Assembly (NCBI GenBank): GCA_938084645.1
Contig: CALKEP010000001.1
Location: 1-64,000, forward strand
Reading direction: 5' to 3'
DNA: 64,000 nucleotides
Origin: an uncultured Phycisphaerales bacterium
Lineage (GTDB): Bacteria > Planctomycetota > Phycisphaerae > Phycisphaerales > SM1A02
Positions 18,180 through 30,174 of this stretch are shown here, in pieces. The translations under genes were made by a program, and so were the position numbers. Position 1 is the stretch's first letter; every line of letters starts with the position of its first letter. Below the pieces are notes generated by a model that was given only the letters and a program-made list of their open reading frames with translations, searched no databases and was not told the DNA's origin.

Positions 18180-20297
18180 ATGGCCGCCGACGAAAACGGA
18201 TCCAGCACCCCGACCCTCAAGAAGGAACTGAACCTCTTCGGGGTCTTCGCCGTCGCGACCGGCACCACGCTGAGCGCCGGGTTCTTCCTCCTTCCGGGGC
18301 TCGCCTTCCAGCAGGCGGGACCGGCGGTCATCGTCGCCTACCTGATCGCCGCCGCCATGATGGTGGCGCCGATGATCTGCAAGGTGGAGCTCGCGACGGC
18401 GATGCCGAAGGCCGGAGGAACCTACTTCTTCCTCGATCGAAGCCTCGGTCCCGTGGCGGGAACGATCGGCGGTCTCGGCAGCTGGCTCGCACTTCTGATG
18501 AAGGCGTCGTTCGCGCTGGTCGGCATGGGGGCCTACATCACGCTCTTCTTCGAGGATGCGCCGATCGAGGGAATCGCGGTGGCGCTCGCCCTGCTCTTCG
18601 GCGGCGTGAACTTCCTGGGCGCGAAGGCGACCACGCGGTTCCAGATCGTGATGGTGGTCTCGCTCCTCACCCTGCTCAGTTGGTTCATGCTGCAGGGGAC
18701 GTTCTCGATCGACACCGCTCGGTTCTCGGGATTCTTCGACAAGGGTGGGGCGAGCGTCTTCGCGACCGCGGGACTCGTCTTCGTCAGTTACGTGGGCGTG
18801 ACCAAGGTCGCCAGCGTCGCGGAGGAGGTCGAGAATCCGCAGCGGAACCTGCCTCTCGGGATCTTCCTCGGGCTGGGCACCGCGGTGACGGTCTACCTCG
18901 TCGGACTGATCGTGATCGTCGGCGTCACGCCGGCGGACGAACTCGAGAAGAGCCTCACGCCGGTCGGCGACGCGGCGCAATCCTTCGCAGGGACCACGGG
19001 ACTGGTCCTGGTGACGATCGCCGCGCTCTTCGCGTTCATGTCGGTGGCGAACGCCGGGATCATGAGTTCATCGCGATATCCCCTTGCGATGAGCCGGGAT
19101 CACCTCATTCCCCCGATCTTCCGCACCATCAACAAGAACGGAATCCCGATCGTCTCCCTCGTCCTGACGGTCAGTGCGATCATCTTCTGCATCCTCTTCG
19201 TCGACGTGCTGTCGATCGCGAAGCTCGCGGGAACGTTCCAGCTCGTCCTGTTCGCGTTGCTCTGCTTCGCGGTGATCGTGATGCGGGAGAGCAACATCGA
19301 ATCGTACGATCCGAGCTTTCGAACTCCGCTGTATCCCTGGATCCCGCTCGCCGGAATCCTCGGTCCCTGCTGGCTGATCTCGCAGATGGGCACGGGGCCG
19401 ACGCTCTTCGCGGTCGGCATGGTGGTGGTCGGCGTGGTCTGGTTCTTCGCCTACGCGAGCAAGCGGATCGATCGCGGCGGCGCGATCTACCACGTCTTCG
19501 CGCGACTCGGTCAGCGCCGGTTCGACGGGCTCGACACCGAACTCCGCGGGATCATGAAGGAGCGGGGCCTGCGGGCCGACGATCCGTTCGACGAGGTCGT
19601 CGTGACGTCGGAGATCATGGAGGCGGGGGAGGGGATGGACTTCGAGGAGATGACGGCGAAAGCGGCCGAACGGCTTGCGCCTCTGGTCGGCATCGATGCC
19701 GACCGCATCGCCTCCCAGTTCCTCGAAGGCACGCGGGTCGGTGCGACCCCGGTCACCCGCGGCGTCGCACTGCCGCACCTCCGGCTTCCCAACATCTCCC
19801 GCCCGTATCTCGTCGTCGTGCGGTCCAGGCAGGGGATCTCGATCGACGTCGGGGAATCGATGCCGTCGAAGACGAGTCATCGGGACGTTCGGGCGATCTT
19901 CTTCCTGGTGAGCCCCGTCGGTGATCCCGCGTTGCATCTTCGGATCCTGGCGCAGCTCGCGGGATGCGTGGAGCAGGAAGGGTTCCAGGACGCCTGGACG
20001 TCGGCCCGCAGCCATCAAGCACTTCGCGAAGTCCTCCTGCGGGACGATCGATACCTTTCGCTCGTCCTCGAACCGGGTTCGCCGGCGGAGGCGATCGCCG
20101 GGTTCAAGATCCGCGATGTCGCGTTTCCGGCGGGATCGCTCATCGCGCTGGTCCGTCGGGGCAGTCGGACGCTCGTGCCCACGGGAAGTCTCCAGCTGGA
20201 GTCCGATGACCGGTTGACCGTGATCGGCGATGAGGAAGCCATCGCGACCTTGAAGGCGACCTACCTGCCGGAGCCACCCGCGATTCCGCCAGCGTGA
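18180..20297 (+). CDS. APC-family permease with PTS EIIA-type and TrkA-C (RCK_C) domains
   Basis: ELATAMPKAGG, AEEVENPQRN and SRYPLAMSRD across about 12 TM helices, then GVALPH (EIIA) and LIALVRRG...GSLQLESDDRLTVIG (RCK_C). Confidence 0.9.
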   Translation: MAADENGSSTPTLKKELNLFGVFAVATGTTLSAGFFLLPGLAFQQAGPAVIVAYLIAAAMMVAPMICKVELATAMPKAGGTYFFLDRSLGPVAGTIGGLGSWLALLMKASFALVGMGAYITLFFEDAPIEGIAVALALLFGGVNFLGAKATTRFQIVMVVSLLTLLSWFMLQGTFSIDTARFSGFFDKGGASVFATAGLVFVSYVGVTKVASVAEEVENPQRNLPLGIFLGLGTAVTVYLVGLIVIVGVTPADELEKSLTPVGDAAQSFAGTTGLVLVTIAALFAFMSVANAGIMSSSRYPLAMSRDHLIPPIFRTINKNGIPIVSLVLTVSAIIFCILFVDVLSIAKLAGTFQLVLFALLCFAVIVMRESNIESYDPSFRTPLYPWIPLAGILGPCWLISQMGTGPTLFAVGMVVVGVVWFFAYASKRIDRGGAIYHVFARLGQRRFDGLDTELRGIMKERGLRADDPFDEVVVTSEIMEAGEGMDFEEMTAKAAERLAPLVGIDADRIASQFLEGTRVGATPVTRGVALPHLRLPNISRPYLVVVRSRQGISIDVGESMPSKTSHRDVRAIFFLVSPVGDPALHLRILAQLAGCVEQEGFQDAWTSARSHQALREVLLRDDRYLSLVLEPGSPAEAIAGFKIRDVAFPAGSLIALVRRGSRTLVPTGSLQLESDDRLTVIGDEEAIATLKATYLPEPPAIPPA

Positions 20298-20408
20298 TCA
20301 GACATGCCGCAAAATGGCGTTTTTGCGCCTAAATCGGGTTTTAGGGCCTCCCGGATCCTGGTGGTCGAGCCATGGCCGGCCGGAGCGTGGCTGATCGATG
20401 ATCCTGAC

Positions 20409-20438
20409 GGGGTCGGGGTCGGGGCCAGGGTCGGGGTT
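20409..20438 (+). repeat. 6-bp tandem repeat (GGGGTC)x5, imperfect; G-quadruplex-like
   Basis: GGGGTC GGGGTC GGGGCC AGGGTC GGGGTT in intergenic DNA. Confidence 0.75.
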
Positions 20439-20584
20439 CCGGCGTCGAAACGTGGCCCCAATAGATGGCGACCAAGATGTCTTCATTATCGGTTTCAACG
20501 CCTCTCGGCCGATGTTCTGACACCCGCCCCGGTTCCAGGGTGGTCGATTCGTCTTCCGATTCTGTGTGGGAAGCGGGTCGGTGA

Positions 20585-20614
20585 TTGACCCCATTCACCA
20601 AGTGGGGATAAAAT
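20585..20614 (+). promoter_or_regulatory. Sigma70-type promoter of the ACIII-caa3 operon
   Basis: TTGACC-N18-TAAAAT in an AT-rich patch about 100 bp upstream of actA. Confidence 0.6.
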
Positions 20615-20710
20615 GGAATGTTCAACTTCGTGAAAAAAGGAACGAAGTTCGCCGCCGCCCCGTCACCCGGGCGGCACCCCGGCCAGGCCGATGTCACGGA
20701 TCCACTCGCG

Positions 20711-21364
20711 ATGAGCAGATTTCTCTTTCCCCGTTGGAGCAACGCCCTCCTTCCCACCCTCGCGGTGGTCGGCGCGCTCCTTCCTCTCTACGTCGTGATG
20801 TTCGTGGCGTACGGATTCAGTCCGAAGACGCTCGAGGTCGGGTATCAACCGACCCAGCCGGTGCCGTTCAGCCACGCGCTGCACGCGGGCGAACTCGGCA
20901 TGGACTGTCGCTACTGCCACAACACGGTCGAGTCCGCGGCGCATGCCGCGGTGCCGCCGACGCAGACCTGCATGAACTGCCATGCCGGCGTCCGACCGGA
21001 GAGTCGCAAGCTCGAGAAGGTCATCAACAGTTACGAGACCGGTGAGGCCATCGAGTGGGTCTGGGTGAACCGCATCGCGGACTACGCCTACTTCGACCAC
21101 TCCGCCCACGTGAACCGCGGCGTCGGCTGCGTCGAGTGTCACGGTCGGATCGATCAGATGGAGGTCGTGGTCCGTCACGAACCCCTGTCGATGGGATGGT
21201 GCCTCGACTGCCATCGCGATCCGGTCGATCGACTTCGACCGGTTTCCGAAGTCACCAACCTCGCCTACGACCAGCGGACCGAACTCTCCTACGAGGAACG
21301 TGTCGCGCTGAAGGACCTCTACCACATCAACCCCTCGGAAAACTGCTCCACATGTCATCGCTGA
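20711..21364 (+). CDS. actA: Alternative complex III pentahaem cytochrome c subunit
   Basis: One TM helix, QPVPFSH..HAG, and five CxxCH motifs (CRYCH, CMNCH, CVECH, CLDCH, CSTCH). Confidence 0.93.
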   Translation: MSRFLFPRWSNALLPTLAVVGALLPLYVVMFVAYGFSPKTLEVGYQPTQPVPFSHALHAGELGMDCRYCHNTVESAAHAAVPPTQTCMNCHAGVRPESRKLEKVINSYETGEAIEWVWVNRIADYAYFDHSAHVNRGVGCVECHGRIDQMEVVVRHEPLSMGWCLDCHRDPVDRLRPVSEVTNLAYDQRTELSYEERVALKDLYHINPSENCSTCHR

Positions 21365-24300
21365 ACCAAGGCGAGGAACGTCCCGGGAAGACCGGTTGCG
21401 AACGAGACGACGCCCCCGTGGTGCCGGCTCGTCGCGCGTACTGGCGCAGTCTCGACGACCTTCAGGACACCGAAGACTTCCGGGCGTGGATGCACCGGGA
21501 GTTCCCCTCGGACGCGGATCTCCTCGAAGGCGAGGATCGCCGTCAGTTCATGAAGGTGATGGGCGCCTCGTTCGCGCTCGCCGGGCTGGGCGCGGCGGCA
21601 TGTCGTCGCATCCCCGAATCCGTCATCGTCCCCTACTCCGCTCGACCCGCCGGGCGAGTGCCCGGAAATCCGGTGCACTTCGCATCCGCGTGCGAGCGCG
21701 GCGGCGTGGCGAAGGGCCTGTTGATCAAGACCATCGACGGCCGTCCCATCAAGCTCGAGGGGAACCCGGATCACCCGACCTCCGTGGGCGCCTGCGACGC
21801 GATCACCCAGAGCGGGATTCTCGAAGCGTACGATCCGCACCGAAGCCGTTCCGTGCATCGCGACGGCGAGGCCTCCGACGCGTCGGCGTTCACGACCTGG
21901 GCCGATCAGCGATTCGGCGTCGACCTTCGAAAGGCCGGCGGCGCCGGGCTCGCGATCCTCGCGGAATCCTCGGGCAGCCCGAGCATGGTTCGCATGCGGG
22001 CCGAGTTCATGTCCGCGTTCCCGAAGGCGACCTGGCACGAATGGGAGCCGATCACCGGAGACGCGGAACGTGCGGGCACCGAGCTCGCGTTCGGATCGCC
22101 GTACCGCGTCCATCCGATGCTCGACGCGGCGGACGTCGTGGTCTGCCTCGACGCCGACCCGCTCGCGACGCATCCCGACGCGAGTCGACTCGCCCGCGAC
22201 TGGGCCTCGAAGCGACGCCTCGATGCGGACGATCCGAAGGATCAGCAGCTCAGCCGCGTCTACGCGGTCGAGGGCGTGCTTTCGATCACCGGCATGAACG
22301 CCGACGACCGGATGGCGGTCCGCAACGGCGACGTCGCCGCGGTGGCCGCCTCGATCGCCCGCGGTCTGGGCGTGTCGATGAACGGACTCGAGGCGCTCGC
22401 AGGCACCGTGGCCCTCGAGGGTCGCAACGCCGAGATCCTCGAGGCGATGATCCGCGACCTGAAGGCGCATCCCGGCAAGTGCGTGGTGATGGCCGGCGAG
22501 GGCCAGCCCCCCGCGGTGCACGCGATGGCCGCGGCGATCAACGACGCCCTCGGGAACGCGGGCAAGACGGTGGCCTACACCGCCGATGCCGCACCGTCCC
22601 GCACGGCGAGCATCCGGTCGCTGGCCGAGGCGCTCGGCGCCGGATCGGTCGAGACGCTGGTGGTGGTCGGTGGCAACCCCGTCTACGACGCACCGGCCGA
22701 CCTCGACTTCGCCAAGGCGATGAGTCGAGCGAAGGAGACCGTCCATCTCTCGCTGCGGGCCAATGCCACCTCCGCGGTCTGCACCTGGCACCTGCCCCGC
22801 ACGCACTTCCTCGAGAGCTGGGGCGATCTCCGCGGCTACGACGGAACCATCTCGATCGTCCAGCCCACCATCCAGCCGATGATGCCCATCGACCAGAAGG
22901 GCTGGAGTCCGATCGAACTGGTCGCCCAGCTGATCGGCGCGGAGCCGAAGGCGGGATACGACATCGTCCGGGCCACCGAGTCGGCGCGATCCCGAGCCTC
23001 CGGCACCACGTTCGAAGCGGAGTGGCGACGCATCCTCGATGCGGGCATGATCGCGGGCACCGCATGGCCCGCCGCAACGCCCGGTCTCGACGCGGGCCGC
23101 GTCGCCGGCGCCGTCTCGAGCCTCGCCGAGTCTCGATCGAAGGTCGCCGCCGACGATCTCGAGCTGGTCTTCACCACGGACGCCCGCGTCTACGACGGCC
23201 GGTTCGCCAACCTCGGCTGGCTCCAGGAACTTCCCGACGCGGTGACCAAGATCACCTGGGACAACGCGCTCCTGATCAGTCCCTCGCTCTACAAGGCGCG
23301 CGGTCTGAAGACCGGCGACGTCGTCTCGGTCAAGGTCGACGGCCGGGAGATCGAGGCCGCCGTGTTCCCGGTTCCGGGAATGGCCGCCAACACCCTCGCG
23401 ATCGCGCTGGGCTGGGGCCAGGGCGCCGATGCCGGGCCGATCGCGGACGGCGCCGGCTTCGACGCGTATCCGGTGCGGACGACCAACGCCGCCTGGATCG
23501 CGGACGGCGCGACGATGTCGTCGACCGGCGGGACCTACTCGTTCGCCCAGACCCAGGACCACGGGGCGATGGACGCGTTGATCCCGGAGGTTCCGCTCGG
23601 CGGCATCCAGGAACGACTTCCGACCCTGATCCGCGAGACGAACCTCGACGACTACCGCGGGCACCCCGACTTCGCGAAGCACCGCGTTCACGTCGCCCAC
23701 CGACTCAGTCTGTGGGAGGAGACCAACCTCGACGGCGCGAAGTTCCGCTGGGCCATGTCGGTGGACCTCAACACCTGCACCGGCTGCGGCGCCTGCGTCA
23801 CGGCGTGCCAGGCCGAGAACAACATTCCGATCGTGGGCAAGGACCAGATCGCCCGCGGTCGCGAGATGCACTGGATCCGCATCGACCGCTACTTCAAGGG
23901 TGACGATCCGGCGGCGCCGGAGGCGGTGTTCGTCCAGCCGGTGACCTGCATGCAGTGCGAGAACGCGCCTTGCGAGCAGGTGTGCCCCGTCGCGGCGACC
24001 GTCCACGACAAGGACGGCCTCAACGTGATGGTCTACAACCGCTGCATCGGCACCCGCTACTGCAGCAACAACTGCCCGTACAAGGTCCGGCGGTTCAACT
24101 GGTTCGACTACTGGCGAAGGGATCCGATCCGCGAGCAGGAGGGGCTCTTCGCGGTCAAGCCCGACTACTACACCTCGGGCGGCCCGGACGAGTGGCGCCG
24201 CATGCAGATGAACCCCGAAGTCACCGTCCGCAACCGCGGCGTGATGGAGAAGTGCTCGTTCTGCGTGCAGCGGATCAACGCCGCGAAGATCGAGTACAAG

Positions 24301-24626
24301 AACGAATGGGCCAAGGAGGGAGGCACCGCGGAGAGTCCCGACTGGAACATCCCCGACGGCGCCATCCAGACCTCCTGCCAGCAGGCCTGTTCGACCGGAA
24401 GCATCGTGTTCGGCGATCTCAACGATCCGAAGAGCGAAGTCTCCCGGCTGCAGAAGAAGCAGGTCTCCTACCAGCTCCTCGAGGAACTCAACACCAAGAC
24501 GAGGGTCCGCTACCTCGCGAAGGTCTCGAATCCCGGGACCCCGCGAAAGGCCGCCCACGACGATCACCACCACGCGGATGACGGCGGTCACGCCGCCGCG
24601 ACCACCCTCGCCGAGGAAGTGCGATC

Positions 24627-24630
<4 letters not shown>
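21352..24630 (+). CDS. actB: Alternative complex III subunit B (molybdopterin-oxidoreductase-like domain plus Fe-S domain)
   Basis: YWRSL...REFP...RRQFMK Tat-variant leader with lipobox-like Cys, [48 protein letters not shown] and EKCSFC. Confidence 0.94.
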
Positions 24631-26089
<1,459 letters not shown>

Positions 26090-26093
<4 letters not shown>

Positions 26094-26707
26094 CCACGTT
26101 CGAGACACCCACCCCGTCCGTCGAACCGGCGGAGACCGACGAGACCCCGAAGCTGCACGCGCTCCTCGCGGAGTTCGAGACGCCCGGCGAAGTTCTGAAG
26201 GCGGCGGCGAAGGTCCGGGAGGCCGGCTACCGCTGGTGGGACTGCTGCACGCCGTTCCCCGTCCACGGACTCGACGGGGCGATGGGCATCAAGCCCACCA
26301 TCCTTCCGGTCATGGTCTTCTTCGCGGGCCTGACCGGACTCATCGTCGCGTTCATCCTCCAGGCCTTCACCAACTCGACCGGCGCGTCGATCTGGGCCCT
26401 GGTCTGGGTGACGGGCTATCCGTACCTGATCTCCGGCAAGCCGCTGCTCTCGATTCCGGCGTTCATTCCGGTGATGTTCGAACTGACCATCCTCTTCTCC
26501 GCGCTCACCTGCGTGTTCGGGATGTTCGGGATGAACGGCCTTCCGCGACTGCATCATCCGCTGCTCGCGAACGACCGCTTCCGCCGGGTCACCGACGACC
26601 GGTTCTACATCGTGATCGAGGCGCGTGATCCCAAGTTCTTCCGCTCGCGGACCGAGGCGTTCCTCGATTCGATCGGCGCGGTCGCGGTCGAGGAGGTTCA
26701 GGACTGA
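26090..26707 (+). CDS. actD: Alternative complex III subunit D (DUF3341)
   Basis: AEF, TPFPVHG, GKP...[13 protein letters not shown] and LPRLHHP. Confidence 0.92.
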
Positions 26708-27381
26708 TGCCACGAATCATCATCTACAGCGTGATGGTGCTCCTGATGCTGGCGTTGATTCCGCCGGTGGTCGCCGCGCGGGTCCGCGCGTCGCCGTCGC
26801 CGAACCGTCCGATCCACATCATCCAGGACATGGACATCCAGGCGAAGTTCAAGCCGCAGACCCTCAACCCGATCTACGCCGACCAGCGTGCGATGCGACC
26901 CGAGGTCGTCGGTGCGGTGGCGCGGGGCGAGACCTTCCTCGACACCCATCTCGAGAACGGCGTGGTCGACGGCGGCTGGGCGACTTCGCTCCCCGACGCG
27001 GTGGCGCGTGATCTCGAGACGGTCGAGCGCGGCCGGCAGCGATACAACATCTACTGCGCCCCCTGCCACGGCTGGAACGGTGCGGGCAACGGGCCGGTCA
27101 ACCAGCGGGCCCTCGACCTGATGAACAACGCCGACGGACCGCCGGACGGCACCAGCTGGACGCAGGCCCGGAATCTCCACGACCCGGGTTGGAGCGAGCA
27201 GCCGATCGGACAGATCTACAACACGATCACCAACGGGAAGAACTCGATGGCGGGCTACGGCTCGCAGGTCGTGGTCGCCGACCGATGGGCGATCGCCCTC
27301 TACGTCAAGGCCCTGCAGCGCAGCCAGAACGCGACGCTCCAGGACGTCCCGGCCGACCAGCGATCGGAGCTGAACCGATGA
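26707..27381 (+). CDS. actE: Alternative complex III monohaem cytochrome c subunit E
   Basis: DMDIQ.K, MRP...VARG, YNIYCAPCHG and DRWAI..YVKALQ. Confidence 0.92.
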   Translation: MPRIIIYSVMVLLMLALIPPVVAARVRASPSPNRPIHIIQDMDIQAKFKPQTLNPIYADQRAMRPEVVGAVARGETFLDTHLENGVVDGGWATSLPDAVARDLETVERGRQRYNIYCAPCHGWNGAGNGPVNQRALDLMNNADGPPDGTSWTQARNLHDPGWSEQPIGQIYNTITNGKNSMAGYGSQVVVADRWAIALYVKALQRSQNATLQDVPADQRSELNR

Positions 27382-28733
27382 GCAGCATTCACGTCGCCCG
27401 CCCCGACCTGTCCGAGGGGAACACCCGCCTCGGTGATGCGGGCCTGACCGTGCAGCAGGGCGCCGGACTCGTCGGCATCATCGGCCTCGTGGCCAGCGCG
27501 GTCATCGGGCTCGGGGGGATGTTCGGCGTCACGCCGACGTTCTTCATGAAGAGCTACACGCAGAACTACCTGTTCGTGCTGTCGATCTCGCTCGGGGCGC
27601 TGTTCTTCGTCTTCATCCAGCACCTCACCCGGGCCGGTTGGAGCACGACCGTGCGTCGTCCGGCGGAGGTCATCGCCGCGAATCTCAAGTGGGCGTGGGT
27701 CGGACTCATCCCCTTCGCGGCCCTCTGGCTCTCCGGCGGTGGTCACGTCGAAGGCGGGGACCACTCCCACGGCGCGTGGGGGCCCGGCGCCCTCTTCCCG
27801 TGGGCCGACCTCGAAGCGATGAAGGCGCACCATCCCGACGAATACAAGATCGTCGCCGCGAAATCCGCCTACCTGAACTCCACGTTCTTCTGGATCCGGG
27901 CGGTGATCTACGTCACCTTCTGGGGCGTGGCCTCCACGTGGTTCCTTCGAACCAGCCTCGCCCAGGACGCGACCGGCGACGTCCGGATCACCCAGCGGAT
28001 GCAGAAGTGGGCGGCACCCACCGCGATCCTCTTCGGCCTCACGATCACCTTCGCGGCCTTCGACTGGATCATGTCCCTGAGTCCGGCGTGGTTCAGCACG
28101 ATGTTCGGCGTCTACTTCTTCTGCGGGTGCTGCACCTGTGGCTTCGCCACGATGATCATCGCGATCCTCCGCGTCCAGTCGTTCGGTCGACTTCAGGGCG
28201 TCGTGAATCGCGAGCATTATCAGGACCTCGGAAAGCTGCTCTTCGCCTTCGGCATGATCTTCTGGGCCTACATCGGCTTCAGTCAGTACATGCTGATCTG
28301 GTACGCCAACATCCCCGAGGAGACCGGCTGGTTCCTCGCCCGGCAGATCGGTGGATGGGGAACCGTCTCCTTCGTGCTGCTGTTCGGCCACTTCGTGGTG
28401 CCCTTCGTGGCCCTGATCTCGAAGTGGACGAAGCGGATGTCCTGGTACCTGATGGGGGCGGCGGTCTGGATGCTCTTCTTCGGCTGGTTCGACCTCTACT
28501 GGCTCGTGATGCCGGTGATCCCCGAGGAGGCCATGACCGCGAAGACGTACATGGAGGTCGTCGAGGCCAACGCCGACGAGCCGACCCACCTCTTCAATCC
28601 CCTCAATTTCACCATGCTCGCGGGTGTCGGAGGGACCTTCCTCTGGCTGACCATCCGGCGCATGCGGAACACGACTCTGCTCGCAATTCGGGATCCTCGA
28701 CTCCACGAAGGGCTTGCGTTCGAAAACCAGTGA
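27378..28733 (+). CDS. actF: Alternative complex III subunit F
   Basis: QHLTRAGWS, KSAYLN, DWIMSL.P.WFSTMFG, DLGKLLFAF and SQYMLIWYANIPEE. Confidence 0.93.
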   Translation: MSSIHVARPDLSEGNTRLGDAGLTVQQGAGLVGIIGLVASAVIGLGGMFGVTPTFFMKSYTQNYLFVLSISLGALFFVFIQHLTRAGWSTTVRRPAEVIAANLKWAWVGLIPFAALWLSGGGHVEGGDHSHGAWGPGALFPWADLEAMKAHHPDEYKIVAAKSAYLNSTFFWIRAVIYVTFWGVASTWFLRTSLAQDATGDVRITQRMQKWAAPTAILFGLTITFAAFDWIMSLSPAWFSTMFGVYFFCGCCTCGFATMIIAILRVQSFGRLQGVVNREHYQDLGKLLFAFGMIFWAYIGFSQYMLIWYANIPEETGWFLARQIGGWGTVSFVLLFGHFVVPFVALISKWTKRMSWYLMGAAVWMLFFGWFDLYWLVMPVIPEEAMTAKTYMEVVEANADEPTHLFNPLNFTMLAGVGGTFLWLTIRRMRNTTLLAIRDPRLHEGLAFENQ

Positions 28734-28767
28734 GTAGGAAGCCGGGCTTCGGTCCGGAGAGACACCC

Positions 28768-29151
28768 ATGAGCGACCATCAAGACAATCCCGATCTTCCC
28801 GACTACCGCGCCCAGATGGACGATCCCGAACCCGGGGCGACCTGGTTCCTGTCGCTGGTCAGCCTGGTGCTGATGGTGGTGGTGGTGCTGGCATCGGTGG
28901 CCATGTACTTCGGGTTCGCCGAGAGCGAGATCGACCGCAAGATCGTCGACCGGCCCACGGTCGATCTCCAGAAGCTCCGGCTCTCGCAGCAGGAGCAGCT
29001 CACCGAGTACCAGCGGTACGAGATCGAGGACGCGGAAGGCAACAAGGTCGAACGGATCCGGATCCCGGTCACCCGCGCCATGGAGCTCGTGATCGCGGAC
29101 ACCCGAGCCTCCGAAGACGTCGACGAAGATGGAGCAGTCGCCCGACGATGA
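28768..29151 (+). CDS. Small single-TM protein, ActG-like
   Basis: Lies between actF and SCO. One TM helix and C-terminal RIRIPVTRAMEL typical of ActG-position proteins. Confidence 0.7.
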   Translation: MSDHQDNPDLPDYRAQMDDPEPGATWFLSLVSLVLMVVVVLASVAMYFGFAESEIDRKIVDRPTVDLQKLRLSQQEQLTEYQRYEIEDAEGNKVERIRIPVTRAMELVIADTRASEDVDEDGAVARR

Positions 29152-30077
29152 CCAGCACGGCCTTCCCATTCCGATCCGACCGACTCACCGCCGGGCACCG
29201 CGCCGGTGTCGCGTCGCGTCTCGGCATGGGGCTGCTCCTGCTGGCGTTCTCGGTCTCTTCGGCGACGGCCCAGGACGTCGGATCGAGTGAGTTCACCGAA
29301 GACCTTCCCGAGGAGCTGGTGGGCGTCGACATCGTGGAGCATCTCGACGACACGCTTCCGCTCGACCTCGTCTTCACCGACGAGGACGGCGAACGGATCA
29401 CCCTCGGCGACATCATCGACGGCGAACGACCGACCATCCTCCAGATCGGGTACTTCAAGTGCCCGATGCTCTGCAACCTCGTGCTCAACGAGGCGATGGA
29501 CGGACTCTCGGGCGTCGACGACCTGAGCGCCGGAACCGACTTCGATCTCGTCGCGCTGAGCATCAACCCCAACGAGGGTCACGAGCTCGCCCGGGTCAAG
29601 AAGGAGGGCTACCTCCTCGAATACGCCCGGCCGGGCGCCTCGAGGGGATTCCACTTCCTCACCGGCTCCGCCGAGAACACGAAGGCCCTCGCCGATGCGG
29701 TGGGATTCCAGTACCGCCTCCAGGACGACGGCGAGTACGCCCATGCGGCGGCCCTCTTCGTCATCACCCCCGATGGTCGGATCTCGCGATATCTCTACGG
29801 GGTCCGATACGAACCGGCCACGCTTCGCTTCGCCCTCATGGAGGGCGCCGAAGGCCGGATCGGGTCGACCCTCGAGCGATTCATTCTGTGGTGTCACGTC
29901 TACGATCCCGATTCCGGGTCCTACCATCTCCTCGCCTTTCGCGTGATGCAGCTGGGTGGACTCGCGACGGTGTTCGTCATGGTGGTGGGGGTCGGGCTTC
30001 TGTGGCTTCGCGATCGGCGAAGAAGCACCGACGTCGGATCCCAGGATCAGATCGCATCCCCGGGGGCGGGTCGATGA
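29148..30077 (+). CDS. SCO1/SenC family copper chaperone
   Basis: CPMLC, YAHAA, TPDGRISRYLYG and C-terminal TM helix. Confidence 0.92.
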   Translation: MTSTAFPFRSDRLTAGHRAGVASRLGMGLLLLAFSVSSATAQDVGSSEFTEDLPEELVGVDIVEHLDDTLPLDLVFTDEDGERITLGDIIDGERPTILQIGYFKCPMLCNLVLNEAMDGLSGVDDLSAGTDFDLVALSINPNEGHELARVKKEGYLLEYARPGASRGFHFLTGSAENTKALADAVGFQYRLQDDGEYAHAAALFVITPDGRISRYLYGVRYEPATLRFALMEGAEGRIGSTLERFILWCHVYDPDSGSYHLLAFRVMQLGGLATVFVMVVGVGLLWLRDRRRSTDVGSQDQIASPGAGR

Positions 30078-30174
30078 CCCGTCCCACCGTTTCGTTCCGC
30101 CGGTCCTCCCGACCGGTCTCCTCCGCCCGCGTCCGCGACCAGCGTCGACGACCCGGGACCGCTTCGAGCACGTC

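Noticed and set aside
20585..20598. FNR box (TTGAC-N4-TTCAC)
   Set aside because: Poor match to TTGAT-N4-ATCAA, and better explained as a -35 element.
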